Source of the DNA: a virus
Taxonomy: Duplodnaviria; Caudoviricetes
Length of the DNA: 64,000 bases
IMG/VR virus record: IMGVR_UViG_3300027533_000667
Span: 1 to 64,000 of that record
Direction: 5' to 3' (one strand)
The translations under genes were made by a program, and so were the position numbers. Position 1 is the stretch's first letter. Every line of letters starts with the position of its first letter. Positions 26,536 through 36,065 of the stretch are shown one piece after another. The notes beneath the pieces are model-generated. The model made no database searches. It was not told the origin of the DNA and saw nothing but the letters and a program-made list of their open reading frames with translations.

Positions 26536-27777
26536 ATGAGCAAGAAAAGCCGAGCAGAGAAGAAGGAAAAGTTTGCATCCGCGAGCGACCGGCTCGCATT
26601 TCGAAAGGGGGTTGGTGAACGAACGGCGATTGCCGTGCCGGAAGGTGTCTCGTTCTTCGGCCCCAAGAAAGAAGGAACGTGGAAGATCGAAGTCATTCCA
26701 TACAAAGTAGGCAAACGCAATCCGAACAAGAAAGTAGAGAAAGGCAGCTATTACTACGAATTGACTTACTTCATCCATCCGCGGATTGGAGCGGACAACA
26801 ATTCGTATTGCTGCCTGCAGCGCACGTTTGGCAAGAAATGTCCGGTCTGTGAACATCGGATCAAGCTAGAGAAATCAGCAGAGTCGGAGGAAGAGAAAAA
26901 GCTAGTCAAGTCGCTCTATCCCAAAGAGCGGCAATTGTTCAACATCTTCGATCACGGTGAGCCGGAAAAGGGAGTGCAGATTTTTGAAATCTCATTCCAC
27001 AACTTCGGCAAACATCTGGACAAAAAGATCAGGACGGCAGACGATGAGGATCGAGAACGATTGAATCAATTCTTCCATCCAACGAAGGGCCGAACGCTAC
27101 GAATCACTGGCTCAGAAGAATCGATGGGCAAACAGAAGTACATCGAATTCTCCGACATTGAATTCAAGAAGCGGTCTGAGCCGCTCGACGAAGCATTACT
27201 AGAAGAGGCTGTTGATCTTGAATCGCTGCCGATAGAGTTGGAATATGACGAGTTGAAGAAGATATTTCTGCAGAGCGGTGATGATGAAGATGATGACGAG
27301 GACGACGATGACAAGCCGAAGAAGAAAAAGAAAGCAAAAGATGACGACGAAGAAGATGATGAAGATGATGCCGAAGAAGATGAGGATGGCGATGAAGATG
27401 CAGATGATGAAGATGAATGGAGCAAAGGTGACTCGGTAGACTTTGTGTATCGTGGCAAGCGCATGAACGGCAAAATCAAACGATTGAATCGAAAGCGCGG
27501 ACTTGCTGAGATCAAAGTTCCAGGCCAGGAACGTCTGTCAGTCATCGACATCGACGAATTGATGAAACCAAAAAAGAAAGGCAAGAAGCAGGAAGACGAA
27601 GAAGAGGATGAAGAGGAAGATGATTGGGATGATGCGGATGACGATGATGATGAAGACGATGATGAAGACGACGAACCAAAGCCGAAGAAGAAGAGCAAAA
27701 AGAAAAAGAAGAAAGCAGAAGACGATGACGATGACGATGATGATGCCGACGACGACGATGATGATGATGATGACTGA
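26536..27777 (+). CDS. gp32-like ssDNA-binding protein with a very long block-charged tail containing an SH3/KOW-like domain
   Basis: CCLQRTFGKKCPVCEH zinc site, RQLFNIFD, FFHPTKGRTLRI; about 165-aa D/E/K tail interrupted by WSKGDSVDFVYRGKRMNGKI... Confidence 0.75.
   Translation: MSKKSRAEKKEKFASASDRLAFRKGVGERTAIAVPEGVSFFGPKKEGTWKIEVIPYKVGKRNPNKKVEKGSYYYELTYFIHPRIGADNNSYCCLQRTFGKKCPVCEHRIKLEKSAESEEEKKLVKSLYPKERQLFNIFDHGEPEKGVQIFEISFHNFGKHLDKKIRTADDEDRERLNQFFHPTKGRTLRITGSEESMGKQKYIEFSDIEFKKRSEPLDEALLEEAVDLESLPIELEYDELKKIFLQSGDDEDDDEDDDDKPKKKKKAKDDDEEDDEDDAEEDEDGDEDADDEDEWSKGDSVDFVYRGKRMNGKIKRLNRKRGLAEIKVPGQERLSVIDIDELMKPKKKGKKQEDEEEDEEEDDWDDADDDDDEDDDEDDEPKPKKKSKKKKKKAEDDDDDDDDADDDDDDDDD
27299..27410 (+). 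repeat. Dispersed repeat copy 2 (matches 8193-8319)
   Basis: Direct sequence comparison. Confidence 0.9.
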
Positions 27778-27804
27778 TCCACGATGGGGTCTGGTGTGGG
27801 GTCT

Positions 27805-27832
27805 GGTGCCGAGTGCGACGGCACCTGTTTTT
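27805..27832 (+). terminator. Rho-independent terminator after SSB
   Basis: GGTGCCG-agtgcga-CGGCACC then TGTTTTT; preceded by tandem GGGGTCTGGTG x2. Confidence 0.65.
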
Positions 27833-28214
27833 AGGAGCATCAAATGACAATCAGCGTACATATGGAACAAGTTTGTGTTTGGGTCTGCGCCATATTCGGC
27901 ATCTTGATTATGCTTATGCTTAGCTACTGGTATGTTCCTGTGCCTTTTGAACTTCTGGACTAAACGAACACGCGCTGGTGGGGTGTTCTTCGAGTACATT
28001 CTCTATCGCAAGGCGTTCCAAGAATATTTTGATGAGCAGAAAAAAATAGATGCCGAGAAGGCAAAAACAAGTGCTGAGATACTCAAGTCTTTGAAGGAAC
28101 ACAAATGACTGCTGTTGCTTTGTGTTGTGATTGGAAAGGTGATTGGCAGGATGAAATCGCCAATCTGATTTGGCTAATACTATCACCAGGAATCAATCTA
28201 TCCAGGTGCCTGCA

Positions 28215-29309
28215 ATGTCCATTGTAAAACGAATAAAGGCAGCAATGAAATCAAAAGAAACCAAACACGTAACCAAAGCTGAGGATTTGCTATCCACAGG
28301 ATCGACTCTGCTCAATCTCGCCATGACCGGACGCATTCGAGGCGGGATAGCAAAGTCCGATTATGTATTGGTGGTAGGAGATTCACAAGCCGGCAAGACA
28401 TGGATAGGTTTGACTGCTTTGGCTGAGGCTGCCAACAACAAACACTTCGACAACTACGAACTGATCTACGACAATGTGGAGAACGGTGCCAAGATGGAAC
28501 TGGAGCGATTCTTCGGTTCCAAAATGGCAAAACGAATCCGCCCACCAGCTGGAACACGAGACGAGCCGGTATACAGCGAGACAGTACAAGAACTCTATTA
28601 CAATCTTGATGATGCTCTAAGCGCCAAGAAACCATGCATCTATGTACTAGATAGTATGGATGCCTTGGACGCTGAAGAGGATATCGAGCAATTCGACAAA
28701 GAGAAGCGAGCGCATCGCAAAGGCAAAGAAACGACCGGCTCTTACGGTATGGCCAAGGCCAAAGCCAACAGCGGAAAGATTCGATCCATTCCACGCAAGC
28801 TGCGCAAGACACGTTCAATTGTCGTTTTCATAGCACAGACCCGCGATAAAGTCGGAGGGTTAATTCCAAACCAGAAGACTAGAGGCGGCGGTCGTGCAAT
28901 GAAATTCTATGCCCACATTGAATGCTGGCTCTCGATCAAAAAAGACATTGAGAAGGATATCAAAATAGGAAGCAAGAAAAGCCGAGAACAGCAAGGAATA
29001 ATTGCCAGGATCAAAGTTGAGAAGTCTCGACATACCGGACGAGAAAAGAAAGTCGATGTTCCAATCTATTGGTCGTTCGGCATAGATGATGTTGGATCGT
29101 GCGTTGACTTTCTAATCGAGCGAGGTCATTGGAGTAAGAAAGGATCGAACATCCACGCAGAAGACTTCGGCTTGTCCACGACAAAATCCAAACTGATTCG
29201 CAAGATCGAGAAGCGTGGCATGGAGCGTGAATTGCAAATGCTTGTTCTGAAAGTCTGGAAGTCCATTGACGAGCAGTTATCAATTCACCGAAAGAGCAAA
29301 TACGAATGA
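28215..29309 (+). CDS. recA: RecA/UvsX-like recombinase
   Basis: GDSQAGKT, VLDSMDAL, FIAQTRDK, GGRAMKFYAH. Confidence 0.9.
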   Translation: MSIVKRIKAAMKSKETKHVTKAEDLLSTGSTLLNLAMTGRIRGGIAKSDYVLVVGDSQAGKTWIGLTALAEAANNKHFDNYELIYDNVENGAKMELERFFGSKMAKRIRPPAGTRDEPVYSETVQELYYNLDDALSAKKPCIYVLDSMDALDAEEDIEQFDKEKRAHRKGKETTGSYGMAKAKANSGKIRSIPRKLRKTRSIVVFIAQTRDKVGGLIPNQKTRGGGRAMKFYAHIECWLSIKKDIEKDIKIGSKKSREQQGIIARIKVEKSRHTGREKKVDVPIYWSFGIDDVGSCVDFLIERGHWSKKGSNIHAEDFGLSTTKSKLIRKIEKRGMERELQMLVLKVWKSIDEQLSIHRKSKYE

Positions 29310-29743
29310 CTAAGAAACAATTGCAAGAGTTTGTTCTATCTCTTGCTGAAGCAATATACTTCCGTTACGAGATTCTAGCACACCTAGCGGAGAAAAAGAA
29401 AATGCCAGTGATACATCTTGCCGGTCCTGCTGTCGGTTTGTACTTTGAAGCCGATCAAGAAGAGACAAGAGTGATCCAACGCTGCGTGATTTGCGGTGAA
29501 AAGCTGATGGAGAAATCAGTATCTAAAGGCAAAAGAAAACGAGCATCCTTTTTCAATGAAGGACAACATGTGATGGTAGATGATGAGCATAAGTACGGAG
29601 TGCTGTCTTTAGACTCTGGCATATTGCACAAAGACAGCTGCGCCTTTTTAGTGGAAGCGGAAGACGAGCCTTTATCTGAGCAGGATAAAAAGGCATTTGC
29701 TGCGGAGTCCGATGATTTCAGAGGGGATGATGATGAAGACTAA
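29306..29743 (+). CDS. Hypothetical protein with acidic tail
   Basis: ATGA overlap; CVICG; ends DDFRGDDDED. Confidence 0.6.
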   Translation: MTKKQLQEFVLSLAEAIYFRYEILAHLAEKKKMPVIHLAGPAVGLYFEADQEETRVIQRCVICGEKLMEKSVSKGKRKRASFFNEGQHVMVDDEHKYGVLSLDSGILHKDSCAFLVEAEDEPLSEQDKKAFAAESDDFRGDDDED

Positions 29744-29763
29744 GACTTGGCTGAGGAGTAATC

Positions 29764-30360
29764 ATGCCTAGGGAATCTGCCGTATGCGAGCGGTGTGGGA
29801 AAGAATTCCAATACTATTCCAACAAAGTACGCAAGAAAGCAAGACTATGTTCTAGGAAATGCTTCGCTGACTTTGGAAAACAAAAGAATTGGCCTACGAA
29901 TAAATGGATCGCTCGTAGATTTTGGACCAATGTAAATATTGGCAAGCCTAATGATTGTTGGAATTGGAAAGGCACAAAGCGTCGCGGGATTTTCTCCATA
30001 GGAAGAACCTTTGCAACAAGCACCAGCAGATTTGCTATGATATTGCATCTAGGTAGATGGCTGGAAGATACTGAATGGGTGCTTCATGATTGTGATAATC
30101 CTAGATGTTGCAACCCCAATCATTTATGGATAGGCACAGCACAAGATAACACGAACGACATGATGAGCAAAGGCAGACATAAGGTGCCTTTTGGAGAAGA
30201 GCATTGGAATAGTAAACTGCACGAAAAATCCATATACCAAATTCGCCGATTGTGGAAAACAGGAAGATGGTCTAAATCTGAATTGAGTCGGCTTTTTGAT
30301 GTGTGTCATGCACTTATTGGCAAAATCATTTCTAAAGAGATATGGAGGCACGTACCGTGA
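29764..30360 (+). CDS. Free-standing HNH homing endonuclease
   Basis: CWNWKG...VLHDCDNPRCCNPNHLWIGTAQDNTNDMMSKGR; N-terminal CERC...CSRKC; C-terminal HTH. Confidence 0.9.
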   Translation: MPRESAVCERCGKEFQYYSNKVRKKARLCSRKCFADFGKQKNWPTNKWIARRFWTNVNIGKPNDCWNWKGTKRRGIFSIGRTFATSTSRFAMILHLGRWLEDTEWVLHDCDNPRCCNPNHLWIGTAQDNTNDMMSKGRHKVPFGEEHWNSKLHEKSIYQIRRLWKTGRWSKSELSRLFDVCHALIGKIISKEIWRHVP

Positions 30361-31215
30361 AAACAGAAACGTGGTTGATCTTTCGACATGTACAATCTTG
30401 CTTATCGTGCCTTGTTCACTACTGGCGATCTATCCCATGAGGGCGGACCTACAGGTGTCTTGTACGGCGTGTTCCGAGAGATCGTCAAAGTGCAAGAGAA
30501 GTTTGGAACGCATCTGTCTGCCTTTGCATTCGATCTAGGCAAGAGCAGACGATCAGATCAGTTTGATTGGTACAAATCCACACGTCGAAAGAATCGTGAT
30601 CCTAAAAAAGGCGAAGTTATAAGCGTCATGAAAGAGCAAATTGAATCGTTGCGTCGGAATTATCTTGAACAGCTAGGCTACCCAAACATCCTTTATCAAG
30701 AAGGGATGGAGGCAGATGACATTATGGCGTCAGCCTGTGACTATCTCAACATGAATCAGGACGCCATTCTTGTTTCAGGCGACGAGGATTTGTATCAGTT
30801 ACTAAGTAATCGAATCTCGATCTATCAGCCCAGATCACAACAGTATTTGACAAAAGAAAAGTTCGTGCGCGAGTATTGCATAAGTCCTCACGAATGGATT
30901 CAAGTGAAAGCCATAGCTGGTTGCGTCTCAGACGATATCCCCGGCATTAAAGGGGTCGGCGAGAAGACTGCAATCAAATGGATTCGTAATAAGATACAAC
31001 ATGCAGAGATTGATAAGTGGGTGCGCAGTAAGCAATACAAGATCAATATGGAACTTGTTGCTTTGCCCCATCCAGAAACTAAAAAATTCAAACTAACCGA
31101 ACACAAACCTCCAACCAAAGAAGCATGGATGGAGTTGATGGATAAGCTGGGGATGGCTTCAATGGCAGATCACGACCCGTCTGCTGCATCTAGGCATCTC
31201 TTTTCAGGACGGTAA
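30357..31215 (+). CDS. 5'-3' exonuclease/flap endonuclease (RNase H-like); apparent 1-nt frameshift near codon 9
   Basis: EADDIMA, SGDEDLYQL, SDDIPGIKGVGEKTA; GTG 30357 encodes MKTETWLIF, one base out of frame with DMYNLAYRA. Confidence 0.85.
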
Positions 31216-31216
31216 T

Positions 31217-31909
31217 ATGTCAAAAGATCACTATGAATTCCTGGGCGTTTCTAAACTTGCCACAACAGAAGAAATCGAAAAGGCGTATTCCAAAATGGCA
31301 AAGCAGCATCACCCTGATCGTGGTGGAGATCGAAAGGTGTTCGAGCGGGCTGTAGTTGCCTACAGCACTTTATCCGATCCAGAGAAGAGGCAACGATACG
31401 ACGAGTATGGAGAAGAACCCCAATTCAATACCTTCAACGATGTGATGGGTATTCTTGCTCAGGCGCTGGATCAGGTAGTTGAGCAATTAGTGGAACAAGG
31501 TTACGATCTCGACAAGGTGGACCTCGCCAAACATATGGATGTTGGTATGGTTCAAGTTCTGAATCAATTATCTGAAAGCAAATCATCCTTCCAGAAGAAG
31601 TTGAAAGGTTTTCAGAAGATGCTGAAGCGATGGAAGCGTGGCAAAAAGAAGAAAGATAAACCTAGCGAAATCAAACAGGTGATCGAGCATCAAATCGACA
31701 GACTCAAACATCAAATCACCTATACAGACAACACCATCAAAGCAGCAGAAGAAGTAATACGAATATTTCGAGAACACGAATACGATTTCGACCAATCAAA
31801 TTATACTCAGCGGCCCGGCAAATCCGGGTGGGTAACGTCTACTGTCTTCGATGCTTGGCTTTCTGGTGCGGATAAATTCAAATTCGATCCTCCAAGAGAA
31901 TCAAAATAG
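31217..31909 (+). CDS. DnaJ (J-domain) protein
   Basis: DHYEFLGV...EEIEKAY...HHPDRGG...AYSTLSDPEKRQRYD. Confidence 0.9.
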   Translation: MSKDHYEFLGVSKLATTEEIEKAYSKMAKQHHPDRGGDRKVFERAVVAYSTLSDPEKRQRYDEYGEEPQFNTFNDVMGILAQALDQVVEQLVEQGYDLDKVDLAKHMDVGMVQVLNQLSESKSSFQKKLKGFQKMLKRWKRGKKKKDKPSEIKQVIEHQIDRLKHQITYTDNTIKAAEEVIRIFREHEYDFDQSNYTQRPGKSGWVTSTVFDAWLSGADKFKFDPPRESK

Positions 31910-31921
31910 GAGATTTGACAA

Positions 31922-32110
31922 ATGACACCATACGAATACATGATGGTCGAATTTGAATGTTTCATGCCAGAAGTAATCGAATCAAAAATGAAGGAACTTG
32001 GCACTGTTGGTTGGTTAGTCGAGCATGTGTTCGATCAGCAAAAACCGAAGGTCCATATCCTTCTGACTCGACAATCTAATGAGTACGCCATCGCGGAGCC
32101 TATCAAATGA
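31922..32110 (+). CDS. DUF4177-like small protein
   Basis: YEYM...MKELGTVGWLV pattern. Confidence 0.45.
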   Translation: MTPYEYMMVEFECFMPEVIESKMKELGTVGWLVEHVFDQQKPKVHILLTRQSNEYAIAEPIK

Positions 32111-32754
32111 AACGCAAACGCAAGAAGCATCGCAAATCTCAAAAGGGCGGCAAATTTGAACGGGAGTTGTGCTACATACTTTCTGCCTGGTGGTTGGGTC
32201 ATGAAGAAGATTCGTGCTTCTGGCGCACAGACAACTCAGGCGCACGAGCAACTACTAGACGCAAGAAGGGAATGAGAACTACAGGCAAATGTGGGGATGT
32301 GTCTGCTACGCATCCTTGTGCCGAGCCATTCACTAGATTAATCACCGTAGAAGCCAAACGTGGATATGGAACAGGCATTCACGATCTACTAGACCGGCCT
32401 CGCAAGATGAAAGCCAAATCAAACATGACTCAGTTCGAGAAATTTTTGGATCAAACGATTACGGCAAGAAACAACGCCAACACACCATACTGGATGCTGA
32501 TTATACGAAGGGACAATCATGAAGCAATAGTTTACTTTCCACTGAAGTTATATATGGCTTTGTGCGTTAAAGGCTGCTTCATATATACCAAACCGACAAA
32601 ACCGTTTCTAGCGATGAATGCTAAACGTGTGACTGCTAATGGAGATTGCATTCCAATTTCGTTTGTTGCTATGAGATTGGATCATTTTCTTGCCAACGTA
32701 TCCAGAAAGGACATCGAGAAGTTATGGCAAAAAGAAAAGAAGCTGAGGGAGTAG
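32107..32754 (+). CDS. Holliday junction resolvase-like PD-(D/E)XK nuclease
   Basis: KGGKFERELC...RTDNSGA...CGDV...VEAKRGY. Confidence 0.75.
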   Translation: MKRKRKKHRKSQKGGKFERELCYILSAWWLGHEEDSCFWRTDNSGARATTRRKKGMRTTGKCGDVSATHPCAEPFTRLITVEAKRGYGTGIHDLLDRPRKMKAKSNMTQFEKFLDQTITARNNANTPYWMLIIRRDNHEAIVYFPLKLYMALCVKGCFIYTKPTKPFLAMNAKRVTANGDCIPISFVAMRLDHFLANVSRKDIEKLWQKEKKLRE

Positions 32755-33014
32755 AAACGCCACACTACGTCATATTCAGTGAGAGTCGTGGAGTGTTCCT
32801 TAATTTTGGTGTGACGATGGTGTGGTCCGGCGATCCAGCAGCTAAACTATATAAATCCGCACCATGCATGCCAAAACGAGTTGCGGTTCGTGTGATGAAG
32901 GGACTTCTACAATACGTCGGATCGGCAACTATCAAAGAATGCTATCCTGACGCGGAATATAGAAGAGCAAGTGAAGATGCTTGTGCTAGAATAGGGATCA
33001 AACGATGGCTCTAA
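32724..33014 (+). CDS. Hypothetical protein
   Basis: ATG 32724 preferred over the track start. Confidence 0.5.
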   Translation: MAKRKEAEGVETPHYVIFSESRGVFLNFGVTMVWSGDPAAKLYKSAPCMPKRVAVRVMKGLLQYVGSATIKECYPDAEYRRASEDACARIGIKRWL

Positions 33015-33026
33015 CGGAGATTGAGA

Positions 33027-33269
33027 ATGAAGAAATCCGAAGAGATCAGCAATCCAAACAGCTGTTTCAACAAAGCAAAAGATGACGAGGTTTTATTTGT
33101 GTTGTTGGAGCGAGACGCAGCAGCGCCAGCAGCAATCAGAGAATGGATTCGACAGCGGATCAAAATAGGATTGAACAAACCAGGCGACGCGCAAATCCAA
33201 AGTGCATGGGACACCATACTAGCAATGACAGAAGAAATCGACGACAACGAGGAGAAACCAAATGCGTGA
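33027..33269 (+). CDS. Conserved-looking hypothetical phage protein
   Basis: SCFNKAKDDEVLFVLLERDAAAPAAIREW. Confidence 0.65.
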   Translation: MKKSEEISNPNSCFNKAKDDEVLFVLLERDAAAPAAIREWIRQRIKIGLNKPGDAQIQSAWDTILAMTEEIDDNEEKPNA

Positions 33270-33567
33270 CACCGGAGCAGCCCCAAAGTTCGAAAGAAAG
33301 AAAATCAGCATAGACGAAGTTAAAGCAGAACTGGACAAAGCTATATCAGAATTGGGAGAGTATGATAGATGGACAATTGCTTTTCTATCATTCATGGATT
33401 TCCTTTGCAAACTTGATTGGAACAAAACTGAAATATACTTTGAGAAAGAATCAAGCGGAAGTGGAGGCAGATCAGGATGGCGTGTCGTTCACTTCCACGA
33501 GAAGATAGAAGAGAAGTGGCATGACACGTTTTCGACATGGTTCGGTCTAAGCGCTTGGATGCACTAA
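33262..33567 (+). CDS. Hypothetical protein
   Basis: AGGAG RBS; TAATG coupling to the next gene. Confidence 0.6.
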   Translation: MRDTGAAPKFERKKISIDEVKAELDKAISELGEYDRWTIAFLSFMDFLCKLDWNKTEIYFEKESSGSGGRSGWRVVHFHEKIEEKWHDTFSTWFGLSAWMH

Positions 33568-34613
33568 TGACAATCAGCAAACTAACACTTAAGGATTTTC
33601 AATGCCATGAGCGACTCACCATCAGATTCAGCCCAACCGTTACAACTCTCATCGGACCCAACGATGCCGGCAAGTCCGCCATCATTAGGGCCTTACGCTT
33701 TATCGCCGCCAATCAACCAAGCGGGTTGGGATTTGTTAGGCGATCCAACAGTAAATTATCCAGGAACCTTAAAGCAAACCTTACGGTCGATGGGCATACC
33801 GTCAAACGTATTCGCGGGGAAAGAACCAACACCTACAGACTCGACGGACGCCGATTCGCCGCATTTGGTAGAGGCAAAGTCCCAGACGAAGTAGACAAAC
33901 TGCTCAACATCAGCGAAGTAAACTTCCAACGGCAGATGGAAACGCCGTTCTGGTTCTCAGATTCAGCAGGTCAAGTCTCAAAGAAACTCAATCAAATCAT
34001 CAACCTCGATGCGATTGACAACTCGCTCGAATTCATAGGCAAGAAAGTAAGAACAGCCAAATCTGAAATTGCCGTATCGAGAGAGCGGCTAAAGTCAATC
34101 AAGATCGAAATTGCCAGAGCGAAATGGATAAGGAAGTGCGAAATGGACCTTGCCGAGTTAGAAGCAGCAAAAGAGCGACATAGCGACATTGTATTAAATC
34201 GCTCCAGACTTGCGATCTTAGTCCAGACCGCTCGGAAGTCCAGACAAAGGGAGATCGAGTCTGTACGAATCGCTGGGGAGATCGGTAGGGTGGTCCGTCT
34301 AGGGGAAAGAGCCGAGAAACGCCAGGAATCGGCCCGGACACTGACCGATCTGATCGAAAAGGCCAAAAAGTACAAGCGCCTAGTGAAGAAAACCACAACA
34401 GAATTCTTGGCAGACTTTGATTCGTTGCTCGAAGTGAATGGTGAAATGTTCAAGTATGCCGAGGACAGAAGAGCATTGGATTACCTTGTTGCTGAATTAA
34501 AGGAGGCAGAGACATGCGCCATCGAAAAGAAAAGGTCGCTGAGAACGTCGGAGAAGTCCCTTTTGAAGTATGCAAAGAAACGATGCCCCGTCTGCGGCAG
34601 GAAATACGAATAG
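33567..34613 (+). CDS. SbcC/Rad50/gp46 N-terminal half (Walker A, ascending coil, zinc hook)
   Basis: LTLKDFQCH, GPNDAGKSAIIRAL, Q-loop NFQRQME; ends CPVCGRKYE. Confidence 0.85.
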   Translation: MTISKLTLKDFQCHERLTIRFSPTVTTLIGPNDAGKSAIIRALRFIAANQPSGLGFVRRSNSKLSRNLKANLTVDGHTVKRIRGERTNTYRLDGRRFAAFGRGKVPDEVDKLLNISEVNFQRQMETPFWFSDSAGQVSKKLNQIINLDAIDNSLEFIGKKVRTAKSEIAVSRERLKSIKIEIARAKWIRKCEMDLAELEAAKERHSDIVLNRSRLAILVQTARKSRQREIESVRIAGEIGRVVRLGERAEKRQESARTLTDLIEKAKKYKRLVKKTTTEFLADFDSLLEVNGEMFKYAEDRRALDYLVAELKEAETCAIEKKRSLRTSEKSLLKYAKKRCPVCGRKYE

Positions 34614-35482
34614 GAAAAGTGGAAGATGTGGTAGCACTTGCAATCTCGGATATTCACTTCTCGGCGAAAGCACCAGTAGCAAGATCATTAGAACCTGATT
34701 GGTTTGAAGCTATGCGCCGTCCATTCAAAGAGTTGGTATGGCTTAATTCACAATTTGATGGTGATTTGCCTATCCTAATTCCAGGTGACATATTCGACAA
34801 ATGGAATCCAAGCCCAGAAGTGATCAACTTTGCAATGGATGTGTTCAAAAGCTTCGATGGTAAATGGACATACACGGTTCCTGGCAATCATGATTTACCG
34901 TATCACAATCCAGAATTGATAGACAAATCAGCATACAATACAATGATCCGTGCTGATTTGTTCAACGGTTGCGATATGGCGAGTTTAGGAACCCTACGAA
35001 TTGCATTGAATCATCAATACATCTGGAAGGATGCCAAAACCAAAGTACCGGGAATGGATAATCGAACGCATGCATCGAAGTACAACAGAAGCATGAAGCG
35101 AGATAAAATTGATGTAGGTGTCTTCGGCGACAATCACCATCCGTTCATTCACAAACGAGCCGGCACTAGCATCATCAACTGCGGCTGCTTCATTCGCCGA
35201 AAGATCGACGAGCGGGAAATCCGACCGATCATTGGTATGATTCATGCGGATGGCGGGATCACGCCGTACTATCTCGACACGTCAGAAGATAAATGGGAAG
35301 AGGATGGCGGTACATTGCGTGAAGCAGAAGATCATGCCGATGCAAAGAACTTGATTGATTCTTTGACAAAGTTGGCAGAACAAGGAATCAACTTCACAAG
35401 TGCGGTTCGTCGTTACAGCAAAGATGGAACAATCAACGAGGATGTGAGAAGACTCTTACTTGAAGCAATCGAGGAGATTTGA
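34583..35482 (+). CDS. SbcD/Mre11/gp47 metallophosphoesterase nuclease
   Basis: SDIHFS, PGDIFD, VPGNHDL, GDNHHP. Confidence 0.85.
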   Translation: MPRLRQEIRIGKVEDVVALAISDIHFSAKAPVARSLEPDWFEAMRRPFKELVWLNSQFDGDLPILIPGDIFDKWNPSPEVINFAMDVFKSFDGKWTYTVPGNHDLPYHNPELIDKSAYNTMIRADLFNGCDMASLGTLRIALNHQYIWKDAKTKVPGMDNRTHASKYNRSMKRDKIDVGVFGDNHHPFIHKRAGTSIINCGCFIRRKIDEREIRPIIGMIHADGGITPYYLDTSEDKWEEDGGTLREAEDHADAKNLIDSLTKLAEQGINFTSAVRRYSKDGTINEDVRRLLLEAIEEI

Positions 35483-35483
35483 A

Positions 35484-35690
35484 ATGGAAGTCGGCACACA
35501 AGTTGAATTGCTTATTAATAAACCAAACAGCAATTACTTTACGAAAGCATATGGCAGGATTGTGTACGTCCGCGGCAGAAAAGAATACATAATCAAATTG
35601 CTGACGAATGGCCCTCCTGGCTGGTACATCGGAGATTCAATTAGAGTAACATACAAGAACTTCCACGAAGGTACTTTCTATGTTCGATGA
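35484..35690 (+). CDS. Hypothetical SH3-like small protein
   Basis: GAGGAG RBS. Confidence 0.5.
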   Translation: MEVGTQVELLINKPNSNYFTKAYGRIVYVRGRKEYIIKLLTNGPPGWYIGDSIRVTYKNFHEGTFYVR

Positions 35691-35934
35691 TCTGCCTAAA
35701 TTGAAACGACAAGTAGAGCGGCTCCGAACGGAGTCCGACAAAGCAGCAGGTGCCTACGAACAATTGCTAAAACGAATTCGAGATGAGTTCGGATGCAAAA
35801 CATTGCGAGACGCAGAAGCCAAGTTAGCTGAGTTGCAACAACAAGAGATCGAGGCGTTGAGTAGATACAATACCAAGCGGAAGAAGTTCGATAAACGCTG
35901 GAAGCAAATCTTACGGGAGTTGAAAGATGATTGA
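35680..35934 (+). CDS. All-coiled-coil protein, candidate descending coil of the split Rad50
   Basis: 84 aa with continuous heptads (LKRQVERLRTESDKAAGAYEQLLKRIRDEF...). Confidence 0.6.
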   Translation: MFDDLPKLKRQVERLRTESDKAAGAYEQLLKRIRDEFGCKTLRDAEAKLAELQQQEIEALSRYNTKRKKFDKRWKQILRELKDD

Positions 35935-36065
35935 ATATATCGCTATTAGCTTTATAGGTTTGTCCTGTTGTTGCCTTGCTTTATACAAAATGAACAGTCG
36001 ATGCCTAAGTAAGATAAGGGATTTAGAAAATCGCTTAGATGAAATCTCTTTTGCCGAGCCTGTCA

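Noticed and set aside
27844-28110. Two short ORFs (27844-27963 and from ATG 27932) that might be one frameshifted membrane protein
   Set aside because: Too short, with no recognisable family, to distinguish two small genes from a broken one.
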